From positions 10,168,001 through 10,232,000 of the forward strand of contig NC_088801.1 in NCBI RefSeq assembly GCF_011386835.1: DNA of 64,000 nt, read 5' to 3'. This DNA is from Chrysemys picta bellii. Lineage: Eukaryota. Shown here one piece after another: positions 37,615 to 50,526 of the stretch. Position numbers and translations under genes: made by a program. Position 1 is the stretch's first letter. Every line of letters begins with the position of its first letter. The notes under the pieces are model-generated. The model was not told where the DNA came from and ran no database searches. It was given only the letters and a program-made list of their open reading frames with translations.

Positions 37615-37828
37615 CAGGGCCGGCTCCAGGCCCCAGCTCAGCAAGCAGGTGCTTGGGGTGGCCAAGGGGAAGGGGCGGCACGTCACGCTCTTCGGCGGCA
37701 ATTCAGCGGCGGGTCCCTGGGTCCCTCTCGGAGGGAAGGACCTGCCGCCAAATTGCCACCGATCGCGATCGCGGCTTTTTTTTTATTTTCCCGCCGCTTA
37801 GGACGCAAAAACCCTGGAGCCGGTCCTG
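37615..37828. mobile_element. Non-autonomous hAT MITE (GC-rich)
   Basis: TIR CAGGGCCGGCTCCAGG / CCTGGAGCCGGTCCTG; TSD CTTCTGGA / CTTCTGAA. Confidence 0.9.
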
Positions 37829-38427
37829 CTTCTGAAGCCTCAGCTGCTGTTAGAATGGGATCATCTGAATGCTTTCATCACGCTGTGTTATCCTAACCAC
37901 TGCATCTGTCAATGCTGCTCCTAAAAACATCTGCCTGAAACACAGATACATTGTAACTCTTTGGAGTGTATGGGCATACAATCTACATATGCACCTCCAA
38001 AGTACGCATTCATTTGGCAGGTGGGCTGGCAAATGCCTGTGTGTGTTAATCAAGTAAATATGACTTGGATAACCACCTAAAACAAAAAGAAGAACAGGAG
38101 TACTTGTGGCACCTAAAACAACATTTTGAACTGGAACATGTTTAGTTAATTCCACCTGGAGATCTGTGTGTGCACAAAGCAACATCTATCCCTCTCTGTT
38201 AATTTTAAGCCCACCATCTGAACCCATTTGCCTATCTCTTTCCTATGACACTTTCAATGCTGACACAGGAGATACGGGCCTGGGAGCTGCCTGTGGTATG
38301 GATTGGCCAGTTACCAGTGTGAATGCCAAGCAATCCCACTGTATCAGGAAATGCAGACATGCTTTCTGTTTGCAGGTCATAAATTACCCGACAAGTATTC
38401 AGCTGCTACTGTTTCCTTTCTTCTCAG

Positions 38428-38520
38428 GACGATTATCTACCTCTCCATTGTCTATGTGATTGGCCACGTGATAAAGTCTGTTGGTGCGATACCAACTGTG
38501 GGAAACCAGGTTGTTCATGT
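38428..38520 (+). CDS. SLC15A2: SLC15A2 exon 4 (TIIYLSIVYVIGHVIKSVGAIPTVGNQVVHV)
   Basis: Acceptor ttcttctcag, donor GTAAGT; 93 nt; phase 2-2. Confidence 0.96.
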
Positions 38521-39602
38521 GTAAGTAAATCTTGGAACTGGTGTTTTGATACATTATTATGGTTATTCATTTATACAGTGCCCGAATAGGCATCTCTAAT
38601 AGTGTCTTCCCTTTGTCAGGCCATCAGCCTTTGGGATTTGCACAAGATGCTTTTATTTATATACGTCCTGCAGTTTATGCAGCTTCATAATCGTAACCAA
38701 GCAGATAACTTGTACTAGAGATAATGGCCAGTCTCGAGACCTGCTAAAAAAAATTCAGGCAGAATAATGTGGGTGAAGTTTAGGGAAAGTGCAAACAACT
38801 TTGTGTATGTCTGTCAGTGGAGCATGAAATCATCAGTTCAAGCACATTTCCAGAACAGATTGGCAGGACCACAAGGAATCTATCTGTTCTTCAGTGCATC
38901 TCTCTTCTCTCCCTCCAGAGCTTCAATCAGTCTTCTCCCCAGAACAGTTCCCTAACTCGCTTCTTAGCATGTCTGATAAACTGCTAGCTGGGCACAGCTC
39001 AGAAAATGTTCACAACCAGGCAAAACAACATCAGATTTACTAGATACCTTTCTAAGTTCCCTGGGCCCATCCAACCACATGTATTTTCATGCTAGTTGGG
39101 AAGCATTTCGGGAGGCCACTGTGTGATTGTAGTTAGCAATGGATGGATCTCACTAGGTTAGGAGTTTGGGTGCAGAAAGCACCCAAAAGTGATGCTGATC
39201 CAAACTGGCAAATCTGGCCTGGAAATCTTACAAGAAAAGGTTCACCCTCTCTTTTGATCTCTGGTACTTCCTGCTTCCAGCTGGGCCAGAAACCGACTCT
39301 CTCATGCATCTCTGCACTTCCACTTTCATACCTGGTTGATACTCAGAAATGCAAGAAAACAACAAAGTTAATTGAATTTATCCAACACTCCAAAAGCAAT
39401 GGTTCGGTTTATGTTTTCATGGTTTGGGATGGGGATGGGGATAATTCTTTTGTTCCCATGACTAGCCCATCTCAGCTTGCTCTTCACTCACAGCCTATGT
39501 GCAGATTAATAAATGACACATCTGGTTTAAGATGTAGCTAGAGTGCTCTGCTTTATCCTAAAGGGGTTCTGTGGTGCTGAAGTTTTTCATCCTTGTTTGA
39601 AG

Positions 39603-39702
39603 GGTTCTGTCCATGTTTGGCCTGGCTTTGATTGCCCTTGGAACGGGAGGTATCAAACCCTGTGTGGCTGCCTTTGGTGGGGACCAGTTTGAAGAAGAGC
39701 AT
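39603..39702 (+). CDS. SLC15A2: SLC15A2 exon 5 ([33 protein letters not shown])
   Basis: Acceptor ttgtttgaag, donor GTAAGA; 100 nt; conserved GTGGIKP motif. Confidence 0.97.
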
Positions 39703-41994
39703 GTAAGATTTTATTTTCTAAACTATGCAGTATCTGGTGTATTAATGTATGGGAGGTATATGATGTGATCAAACTACAATCAAATGAAAGCATACTCTGC
39801 CTTGGGAAAGAGAGATGATAGTACTTCACCGTTCCGTCTTGAATCTCAAAGCACTTCACAAACATTAATTAATGGGCCCTCACAATAGCCTTGAGAGAGG
39901 TAAATCTTCAGTCACCACTGAACTGCAGCTGCCTCAGAGCCAACTCAGTAACTCTGTCACTAACATGTAGCAGCACAAAATGAGGCAGTAAGTAAAGAAA
40001 AAGATTATATTTGATTAAAACTGAGGCACAGGGGAGAATTAGGCAGACAGATTATTTCCTGAGTTGAAAGACATCAAAATTGTCACCTTTATATGTGTGA
40101 AATTGCCTCTTTAATGACCACAAAGGATGAGCACCTCAGCTTTAAATCTTATCCAAAAGGCAGCATTTTCATTGGCTTTGTGATCCTTAGCAACACTGGT
40201 TCAGTACAGAGCCAGACAGGGGAGTGCTACCTACCACATCATCAGCACTGCTGACTGAAGATCCTAGGTGTTCATTGAAGTTTTCCATCCAACCTGTTGC
40301 TTCCTTGTTTATTAGAGCTGATTGGAAATGAGAATTTCTATCCTGTGAGTAATTCCAATATGTCGACATTTGTTTTGGAACCAAATCAGGGTAAAAAGCC
40401 AAAATATCTAAATTTTTCACGGAACAGAAAGTTCTGAAAAATTTCAATTCGGAAATAGTACAATGTTTCAGTTTAGCGTAGCTATTGTAGTGCCTCATGA
40501 GCACTGTAGTCCAGGTGCTTCATGCCCCCATTCTTCCCTGTGGGCTGGGATCTCTAGCCAGACTGCACCTCCCATAATGCATCACAGTCAGGGAACTCTT
40601 ATGATGCACCAACATGGCTCAGCCGGAGGGGAGACCGGTGCGTCATTGGATATGTAGTCCAGCCAGGGAGCCCAGCCTGTAGAAGAAAACGGGCGTGATG
40701 CATCCAAACTACAACTCCCATGAGGCATCAAAGCAGTTCGGGCAGACTCAGATTAATGTCAAATTGACTTGAAATTAAATGCTTTTTGTGGCAATTTTAC
40801 AGAATTGACATTTTCAAATTCCATTTTGATTTTCTGTTTTGAAACTACTTTGTGTTTCATTTTTAAAAAGTTTTCTATTATATCATAGAATATAAAATTT
40901 AAAAAGTCAAAATAGGAACAAAACTTTCGATTTTGTTGGAATTAAATGTTTTGTTCCCCTCCCCCCGAATTCCATTTTGTGGGCAATTTAGATTTTGCAA
41001 TAGGAGACATTTTAAACTCATGAAATTCCCTGCAAAATAAAAAATCTGGTTCCCACCCAGCTCTACTGACTCCTGTGACCTTCAGCAAGTACTTAAGATC
41101 ACTGATTTAGTTTCTCTATATGTAAAATGGTGGAGATAGTAATATTTCTACATACATAAAACTGCCTCTGCAGATCCCTATTTATCCATGTGAGGACCTG
41201 CAGAGACCATATAACCAGAGTGCTCCTGCAACTCTGATAAGTAACCTTCCTTTAATTACCTCATGGGGACACTGAAAAGTTTCTTATCTAGAGACAAATT
41301 CAATTCTGCGGTATCTGTGGGCACAACTGCACTGATGTCAGTAGAGTGTCAGCTGCTTACCAAGCCTGAATTTAATCCCTAATACTGAACACTTGTTTTC
41401 TTCAAAGAACTTTAGAAATATAATTGTCCTTGGACCTGCCATGTTTTGGGCAGTGCTTCCATGAACAATGATAGGGGCCACTGGCTCAGAGCTCCAGGCT
41501 AAACATGGCTGAACAAAATCATATTGCCAAGATTTTGTGTAAATGCAAAAGTTTCTGTGCATATTAATTAAGGGCCAAAGCTGCTTTCAAACAATGTGTT
41601 ATGCTTTGTATAATACTGAAAACCATTTCTTTGTTTCTTTATTTTCCTGTTGCTAGGGAGATCAGGATTATCACAAATGCTACCTTTTCAGAATTAGCTA
41701 ATCCAAATCATGATATGAACGTATGTCTGCTGCAAAGATTAAGAAAGCAAGGAGGGATATATTTTTCTAATGAGTGTAATATAAAAATTGCTAAGTCATT
41801 TTTTATGTTCACACTTCTGGCATTCAGATCATTTTGTGAAGTCATTGAAATCTGTAAATGTGTGAAATGAGGTGACCAAAATTCTTTACAAATCACCATT
41901 CTCTTTAAAAAATAGCACGGTGCTGGTAAAATAATCATGTTATTACAAAAAACCAATCTGTTTGCAATATCATGTGCAAGAAGCACAATTCCTA

Positions 41995-42190
41995 TCTGGT
42001 GGTTAGAGCAAGGAAGTGGGGGCCAGGACTCCTGCGTTCTACTCCTGTTTCAGATACAAATGTGTCTTTGGGCAAGATACTGAACCACTCCGTGCCTCAG
42101 TTTACCTATCTGTTAAGTGTTTTCAAAGGTTTTGTGAGGGTTGAAGTTGCGGGTACTTGTAAGGCACTTCTACTTCTGTGCTATATAAAT
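41995..42190 (+). mobile_element. MIR-type SINE
   Basis: tggtggttagagca...ccaggactcctg...gggcaagatactgaaccactccgtgcctcagtttacctatctg. Confidence 0.7.
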
Positions 42191-45100
42191 TAAAAGTATT
42201 AGTTAATCTTTTTTGCTAATCTAGTAGATATTATATATAGTTAAATTTACACATGGAAAGACCATAAGGTCATTTTGTTTATCCACTTGCCTGTGCTGGG
42301 TTATATAGCCTACATATTTCCTAGAGCTTTGTTCAGTCTCATTTTAAATGCCTCAAGCGAATGGTCTTTCACACTTCTTTTGGGTCACTCTTGCATGATC
42401 AAAGAGATCTCACCATTAAGATATTTTTCCCCCCTGCTTATTCAGTCTATTTGATTTCACCCATTTATATCTAAAGACACAATTCCACCCCCTTTCATTA
42501 ACATCCAAGGATCTCAAAGTGCCTTACTAATTTCACAGAGGTTCTCTCGCAGAAAGCCCACAATAAGGTGAGTGTTATTTGTATTTGTTAAAATTGCTCT
42601 TAGCTCCTCTTTCAAAGCCCAAACGGTCATTGCCACCAATGCTCTGAATTGACCCGTGGCACCAGTTTATTCAATGCAATATTTTGTGTTCAAAACCAGC
42701 AGAGCCCGAGTGAGCTTTCTTTGGCTGTTCCTTTCAAGCTACCCTTTGCATACTGGGAAGTGAAAGAGGAGACCAGACTAAAACTTTCTCATCCAGAGGG
42801 CTCTATGGCTCAGCAGTTTTATGATGTCAAAGGTCATGGATTTGAATCCTGCTGAGCAAATGAAAAATGCAGTGGCATTCAAATACCAAGGGTTAGAGGT
42901 GTGGTCTGAGAACTTAGAACCAAAGTGAGCAGAGAAGTAATCTTCCACCCCATCTTTATCCAGTTGTAAAAGCGTTGCCTGCTATTGGGGTGGATCAGTG
43001 CTAGGTCCCTCAGCCCCTTGTAACTATAAATAATACCTCACAGGGGTAGGGTGACTAGAAAAGTGTAATATTTTAACTATATAGACTAGCACTGAAGATT
43101 ATTAGCTAACTGAAATAGATAGCTAGAGATAAAAATAGAGATATGGATTTAATAGACCCGGCACTGTTTACCATTAACCAAAGAAGTGAATGACGAGGAT
43201 AATTATTATCTGAATAAAGGTTCATTGGTCCTTAATCCTAGATAAACTATTTACTAACAATATGCAGGCTAGATTGGCTGGCACTGACAAGGCCTAAACC
43301 TTCTGTAGGGGCCAAATCCAGGAGATCAGTGAACAGTCCAAGCAGTTGGGCTCTTCACTTTCTTCACTTCACTGCAGAGACCAGAGACCAAAGCACCTTC
43401 CCCGCACAGACTGCAGTAGCCTCCATGACTCCTCTGAGGGTAGAAGTGGTTGGTGAAGCCACATAGCAGCAGATCCCCTGGTACCACCCTGACTGTTCCC
43501 TGTGTCCCCCAAGCACCCACTTTGCATGAGTGTATAAGGAACTCCCTGTGTGAGCTCCCCCAGTCCTGTCCCACCCCCACCTCCTACAGCAGAACCACAG
43601 CAGTTTTCTGCTGCAGCTGGGGACCAAGGACAGGGGTGGGATGTTTGAGATGGAGAAGGGGTGAGGCAAAGCAAGGCTGCACTACAGCTCTTTCTCCATT
43701 AGCAGAGATCCCTGAGGGACCTTCTCCCAAAGGCTTGAATTAAAGCTGCCCTCCTTTAACTTTGTTACATTGAGGCCAGATAGTTGAGAATCAAGGGGCT
43801 GCAGCCATCTGTCTGTTGGGAACTCAGGCCCATATCTTTCACTAAATTTAGCTGCCTAACTCCCATGGCAGTTAAGTGCCTAAATACTTTTGAGGATTTT
43901 GGCCTCAGTACATAGTGGAGGATCAAGCCCTGAGTGACTTGCACCAGGCCACACAGATAGTCCCTTCTTGAGCCAGCTAGATCTGCCAGTGCTGAATCAG
44001 AAGGCCATCCACCCTTTCATTAGTATAACCTAGCTCCCTATGTACATTCTTTGCAGTGCTTTGTAGATCACATTGCTGTGTCTGAGTGGGGGTGGGGAGG
44101 GGAAGGGAGGGAGAAGCCTCCTAGACACTACAGTTTAGGAGCATTTCTCATAAAGGAAAATGTTAGTATCTTGCATTGACCAGTTAGTTCAAATTGTGCC
44201 TTTCGGGATGTCCTGGCCCTTAACTGACTTTTCCAAAGTGTCTAAGTGACATAGACCCCATTAAGAGCCAAATGATATAGACACTTGGGAAAATTTCCCC
44301 CTCTGTGCACATCTTCGCCCTCTGTTTTGTATTGAAGAGAGCTGGTCGCACACACACTGAACAACTTCATTTGTGAAGACCTTGGAGAAAACTGTCAACT
44401 TTCCCAGCATAATTCCACCAGCTCCAGTGCCCAGAGATCTTTCCAGTTACACGGTGAACAATCCAGAGGGTTCCAGTACCACTTTTTGATTAGCATCTAG
44501 ATGAGCTTTTGATCCATGCTCTGAGTCAACCTGAAGCATCTACAGAACCCTGATGTATGGAGGGATCTGACCCTCTGAGGTGAGGTGTTCATCATCTCAG
44601 AAGAAGGCACTCAGCATCTTAATGGGGCCCAACATGTGATTCATGGTTTGACTTTTATAGAGGCAGAAATACATACCTTTTAAGTGTGTGTATAGCTCTG
44701 CCTGGGGAGGGGAATGAGTGATAGAGGAAATCCTATTTGTCTCCCGTGTGTCTGGTGTGAGACGGGGAGAGGGGTTACACAGACTCACACAGGGCAAATG
44801 TGACTTCTGTTGGCTGACCCCACCACTATACCCCCTGTGCATCCCTTTGAACATATGGCAAAAGCTAGCATGGCCAGCAAGTGTGAGGAGGGACCACTCT
44901 TGGCAGCAGGTTCCCCCTACTAAGCGGATCAAAATTATCATGGAAATACTTGATCCTTACCATTGCTAAAGCATGACTCACACAGAGGGTGTGTTGCCCT
45001 AAGTGACTGGAAAGAAGAATGATTTGATAGACTTCTTTTTACTGTGTTTATTAATAACCAAATATTGCAGTGTTGACTCTCACCCAGGGGACCTATCCTC

Positions 45101-45714
45101 AGGCCCTTTCTTCCTCACAGCAGTTTCACTGGGCCTGCGTAATTGCCCCCACCAGATTTAATGGATCCTATTTGTTTGGGGCTGGTTAAATCATCACAAC
45201 ACTCAGTTTTGTCATTCTTAGCTTCTCCTCCCAGACTCTCCAGCAGATCAGTCTCTCTCACACACTCTCTCATTTGTGCTGTCATTACAAGCTCCTCAAA
45301 ATGCATAGGTTTCTGTTTCTATTTAGGAAAAAAAAAAGCCAGGACGTGGGAACAAATGACAAGCTGTCAAGCGCTGCCAAATTGGATTGAATTAGGTGAC
45401 AGCGAATCTGAATCAAGCTACTTGTTCCGAATAAGTAAACACGTTCCCCCTCCAACTTCCTGACAGCTCCAGAGCAGCAGCTTTCCCTCCAAAATGCCAA
45501 GAGACCCGAAGTGCTTTTCAGTAACTTGAACTGATTTGTGTGAGCCTATGCCATCCCCTGAAAGCAAGCTGGTTTGCCTTCCTTTCGCTTGCATTTTATG
45601 CACCATGGGTCAATATTAACCCAGCCCTCCTAACAAGAGCATTGATAGTGTTCCGTTTGCAAATCCAATGCTGTGCTTTGTCCATGATATTGATGTTGCC
45701 TTGTCTCGTTTTAG

Positions 45715-45805
45715 GCCCAAGAAAGGAGCAAATTCTTTTCAGTCTTCTATCTAGCTATTAATGCGGGAAGTTTGATCTCTACATTTGTTACTCCTGTATT
45801 GAGAG
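45715..45805 (+). CDS. SLC15A2: SLC15A2 exon 6 (AQERSKFFSVFYLAINAGSLISTFVTPVLR)
   Basis: Acceptor ctcgttttag, donor GTCAGT; 91 nt; PTR2 signature FxxFYxxINxGSL. Confidence 0.97.
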
Positions 45806-46397
45806 GTCAGTGTTGATTGAGAATGAACCACTAAATTAGCTGCACTGTGACTGTTCTGCTATGGATGGTTAGGTTCTTATAATGATTGAATGTCAGAGAT
45901 TACATTATCTTCTGAATGACCAGTGTGTTGTATTTATGCCTTGTTAATCCTGCTGAAGCTGCATAACTGATTTATTTAAACCAGCAGAAGAGTCAGACAT
46001 ACCATGCTACAGGCTGTGTTTATTTTCTTTAAAGCCAGCCTGAGTCATAGAATCAAAAATTTAGAGATGGAAAAGACCCATCAGGCCATCTCCCTGCTAA
46101 TGTGGGATTGGCATATTCTGCAGCCCATAGGTAACATATTGATAATGATTGATCTGACCCTACTCCCAGCCTTTAATTCTGGGTTACTTTAGCAGTGCTG
46201 CCTAGGGCTCCAATTCTGCAAACTGACCCCTGCTCTCATACAGAGCCCCACTCGCTTCAGTGGGACTCCAGACAGGAATAAGGCTCAACCTGCATGGATC
46301 AGGTTGCAGATCATGGCCTAGAGTGGCTTGTTTTGAGGACCCGCAATGGCCTATGCCCCACTTAAGGCCTATTTTTGTATTCCACCCATTGTGCAGA

Positions 46398-46834
46398 CAG
46401 GGCCGGCTCCAGGCACCAGCCCACCAAGTTTGTGCTTGGGGCGGCACCTGGAGGGGGGCAGCGCGGTGCAGTGCTCCGGCTCTGGCCACCGGGGAGAGCG
46501 GAACCGCAGTGGGCTCGCCGCCCTTCCCCCGGCACTCTGGCCGCCGGGGAGAGCGGAGCCCCGGCCGGCTCGCCGCCCTCCCCCCGGCGCTCTGGCCGCC
46601 GGGGAGAGCGGAGCCCCGGCCGGGCTCTCCGCCCTCCTCCCAGCGCTCTGTGCACTGGGGAGAGCGGAGCTCTGGTCGGCTTGCCGCCCTCCCCCCGGCA
46701 CTTTGGCTGCCGGGGAGAGCGGAGCCCCAGCCGGGCTCGGCGCCCTTCCCTGCCGCGCTGGAGGAGGGCGGGGGGGGGGGGGGGGGCGGAAGGCTTTTTT
46801 GCCTGGGGCGGGAAAAAAGCCAGAGCCGGCCCTG
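46398..46834. mobile_element. Non-autonomous hAT MITE containing a ~55-bp tandem array
   Basis: TIR CAGGGCCGGCTC / GAGCCGGCCCTG; perfect 8-bp TSD TGTGCAGA; GGGGAGAGCGGA recurs at 46491, 46546, 46601, 46657, 46712. Confidence 0.93.
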
Positions 46835-46924
46835 TGTGCAGAACCCATTTTTGTTCTGAGTCTTGCAGCACTTACTTCATTGTATTTCAGTGCCCAAACA
46901 CCTCAGTGATTGGCACTCTATAAA

Positions 46925-47662
46925 TAGGGCCCTACCAAATTCACAGCCATGAAAAACACGTCACGGACTGTGAAATCTGGTCTTTTGTGTGCTTTTACCC
47001 TATACTGTACAGATTTCACAGGGGAGACCAGCGTTTCTCAAATGGGGGGTCCTGACCTAAAAGGGGGGGGTCACGAGGTTATTTTACGGGGGTATTTACG
47101 GTATTGCCACCCTTACTTCTGCACTGCCTTCAGAGCTGGGCAGCTAGATAGCGGTGGCTGTTGGCCGGGTGCCCAGCTCTGAAGGCAGCACCCCGCTGCA
47201 GCGCAGAAATAAGGGTGGCAATACCATACCATGCCACCCTTTACTTCTGCAGTGCTGCCTTCAGAGCTGGATAGCTGGAGAGTGGCGGCTGCTGACTGAG
47301 GGCCCAGCACTGCAGGCAGCAGCACAGAAGTAAGGGGGGCAGTACCATACCAGGCCATCCTTACATCTGCACTGCCTTCAGAGTGGTTCTGCCTTCAGAG
47401 CTGAGCTCCCGGCCAGCAGCTCTGAAGGCAGCGCTGCCACCAGCAGCAGTGAAGAAGTAAGGGTAGCAGTACCGCAACCCCCACTACAACAATCCTGCGA
47501 CACCCCCCCACACACACAAACAATGCCTTTTGGGTCAGGACTCCTACAATTACACCATGAAATTTCAGATTTTAAATAGCTGAAATCATGAAATTTACTA
47601 TTTTTAAAATCCTATGACCGTGAAATTGATCAAAATGGGACTGTGAATTTGGTAGGGCCGTA
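46925..47662. mobile_element. Non-autonomous hAT element
   Basis: 21-bp TIR TAGGGCCCTACCAAATTCACA (1 mismatch); perfect 8-bp TSD TCTATAAA; internal repeats of ccttacttctgc..gccttcagagctg in both orientations. Confidence 0.93.
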
Positions 47663-48296
47663 TCTATAAATATCCAAACATACAGAGAAGAGGGCAGTGT
47701 CCCATAAACTGAGGTACCTGGCACATTCAATAGCATTTTTTTCTGACATCTTCCAGAACCAGTAATTCTGAGTGATTATTTTAATATCCTGCTTGTTTCC
47801 TGGAGCTAGAGGTGTGTGTGTCCACTATATTTGTGCCAAAGCACACAGCAAAAGACAAACTACAACTCTCTCTCTCTCACCCATGTCAACAATTCGGTGC
47901 TAAGAGGCTGTTGCTAAATTTGTTGTGGGTGGATGAAAATCCAGTTCTCTTAAAACTTTTACTCTATGTCAGTGCAGTGGAACATCAAACCAAACTGGAG
48001 GGTGAGAGTGGAAAGGGAGGTGTAGGTTTTAAAATTATTTTCTGCGATTCCTGGAGAGGAGAGAGAAGCAATTCCTTTGAAACTTGGCAGCTTCATGTGG
48101 CGCACGTGGATTTAGATGGCAAAATCCAACCGTTTCTGCCCATGCTGTATGTCACAAGTTCAATGTACATGTTAGAGTGTCATTGTTTGGTTTATTGGAT
48201 TTCAGCTCATTCTTTGGAAAGTGGCCAGATAAATGATAGACACACATGACTCTGAAACTGAAATAATATATGAATAATACGCTGTAATGACCGGAG

Positions 48297-48344
48297 GTTT
48301 TGCTGGATGGTTTCCTGTTTTGCTGGATGGTTTCCTGTTTTGCT
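48297..48344. repeat. 20-bp tandem duplication (2.4 copies)
   Basis: Unit GTTTTGCTGGATGGTTTCCT repeated exactly. Confidence 0.95.
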
Positions 48345-49221
48345 TTAGCTATGTGGGTTTTTAAACCACATTTATTTACTACTATCGAGTGTATGAATAG
48401 CAGTAGTTTCTAACCACTGGTGTGCAGACCATACTACTGGATCTCGTTTGGGATTGGCTCTGCAGGCACCCACAGGAATGGAGCTGTGCTGGGTCATGGT
48501 ACAACCCTGTGCTATGTTCCCACACTCTACTGTAGCTTGAACTGCTCCAATCCCCATTCTCACAATGCTACTTTCATTATGAGTTATCACAGGACTGGGG
48601 TTTGGAGCAGGCTATTTCCCTTGGGGCCAGGGGGGACACAAGTCAATAGGATACAGAGGGAGTCGGTTCATACCGCTGAAATCTTAGGGTCTGATTCTGT
48701 GATCTCACTTACCCTGGTGTACCAATGGCTTCACCCTTGCTACTCCTGATTACAGTGATAGAAGTGAGATAAGATGCCCCCAAATGGTGGAGAACCACTG
48801 TACTGATTACCCAGGCCTATTAAAATAAATTTAAAATGATCAGTTTATTTTATGTAGGGCTTTTTTTACCCACTCAGGGGGCCCTCCCCTGCTTCCACGT
48901 ACCCTGCTGCTACTCACTGCTTTAAGTGGTAGCACCCTCTGCCCCATGCAGCATCTGTTACTGCTCATCACAGTACCGAGGTTAGGACTGGCCCCTTTCA
49001 CCGTTGCTGTAGTTGGAAGAGGCTGCTGTGCCAGCCCTGCTTCCAAACTGCCACCATCAGTGGAGCCCCAGGGCACTTGCTTTAAGTGGGTTGGGTGCAC
49101 AAGCGGAGAGCTGAGAGAGGCGACTGCTTCGGCAGAGGTCGCCGTGGAGGCGTCAGGGTGGGGAGCACGGGTTGAATCTAAACATGGTGAAATGAGATGC
49201 TTTTATGATCTTCTCTTTTAG

Positions 49222-49299
49222 GGGATGTGAAATGCTTCGGAGGAGATTGCTATGCCTTGGCTTTCGGTGTCCCAGCAGCACTCATGGTTATAGCCCTGG
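49222..49299 (+). CDS. SLC15A2: SLC15A2 exon 7 (GDVKCFGGDCYALAFGVPAALMVIAL)
   Basis: Acceptor tctcttttag, donor GTAAGT; 78 nt; phase 1-1. Confidence 0.97.
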
Positions 49300-49610
49300 G
49301 TAAGTGGAAACAATCACAATGTTTAGAATGTTCCAGTCAGGAGGCTTTGAGTGTTGCTGTCCACTCTCACCGCCCAGTACACCTCTCCTCCCCCGCTGCA
49401 CAGAGAACAAATGAAGTGTCGAACCCCCTCCCCCCCGAACCCTACTGGCAGGACAATCCACATCTCATTCTGTTCCTCTGATCCCCCTATGCAAGGGGTT
49501 GCCTTGCCACCTGTTGTCACTTTCACAGGCTGGGCCTGGCTATGTCCTATAAGACGGCAGTTCAGGTTAGCGGCTGTCACATCATGGCCTTTCTGCAGCA
49601 TGTGCCATGT

Positions 49611-50526
49611 TGTGACACTTATCTGCTGATGCTGTGAGGTGTGTCTCACAATATGATGGCCTCACACGAATCTGCTTCGAGAGGCTGCAAAGCAAATGTC
49701 CCAGTGCGGTGGTTTGCAATTTTGTCCTTGAGCAAGTTTGGCCTCTGGGGCCTCCACAATTTGCAGTCCTAGGTCTCTCAGTTCAGGGCAGTTGCACCTG
49801 GATTTCCCCCTCGTGGTCCATCAAGGGCGCTCACTCTAGGCTGCTGACTCCTCAGCTGTCACCAGTCTCCCTCCTAGCTGGGGTTTTTCCAGGTTGCACA
49901 GTTCCCTGCCTACACTGAGATATCTCCAGCAAGCCAGACTGCCTAAACAGGCCGGTGTCTATACTTTTCTTTCTTTCTGAAATCTATGAACAGTGGAATT
50001 GCCAGCTGTTATAAGTTAGCACTTAGCTCTTTCTAAGCAAGCACATTTATTCTTGAGGTGAAAGCATTTCAGCAAAAACATAGATATAAAAAGAGTTTCT
50101 AGATGCATGCTAAAAGCTTACCAGAGGTCACCCATCAGTCTTATGGGGTCTCTGTAGGCCAAAGTTCTTCCAACCCTTCCCAAGAAGGATTGGGGCCCTC
50201 CTTGGACAGAAGGTCTTGTCTGTCTGCTGGATCCGAAAGAAAGCTCTGAGTTAGTTTAAACTCAGGCTGTTTATCTAAAGGTGATTTCTTTGTCTGTTGG
50301 ACTCTGGAGAATCCAATCTGAACCAGTATATGCGAGCCTCTCCAGGTAGTGGGACATCTTTGGGGATGTACCAGCCTCCCACCACACACACCGTTCTTAG
50401 TTCCTGGAGGGGCTGTGGTCACCCTCCCACAGGGAACTACATACAATCTCTGGCCCACAACGATACATACACGTAGTACAGTAAGATAGTCCAAACATAT
50501 TTCAGGAAATTACCATATCTGTCACA
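49611..50526 (-). mobile_element. Solo LTR in SLC15A2 intron 7
   Basis: Termini TGTGACA...TGTCACA; internal aagcaagcacatttattctt (minus-strand AATAAA at 50046-50051) resembling the LTRs at 202-2572; TSD degenerate. Confidence 0.6.

Noticed and set aside
46480-46750. Regularly spaced repeats resembling a CRISPR array
   Set aside because: Units are contiguous with no unique spacers, inside a eukaryotic transposon
46260-46923. Overlapping 160-200 aa ORFs with repeated peptides
   Set aside because: Translation of the 55-bp minisatellite inside a MITE in all frames; no coding signature
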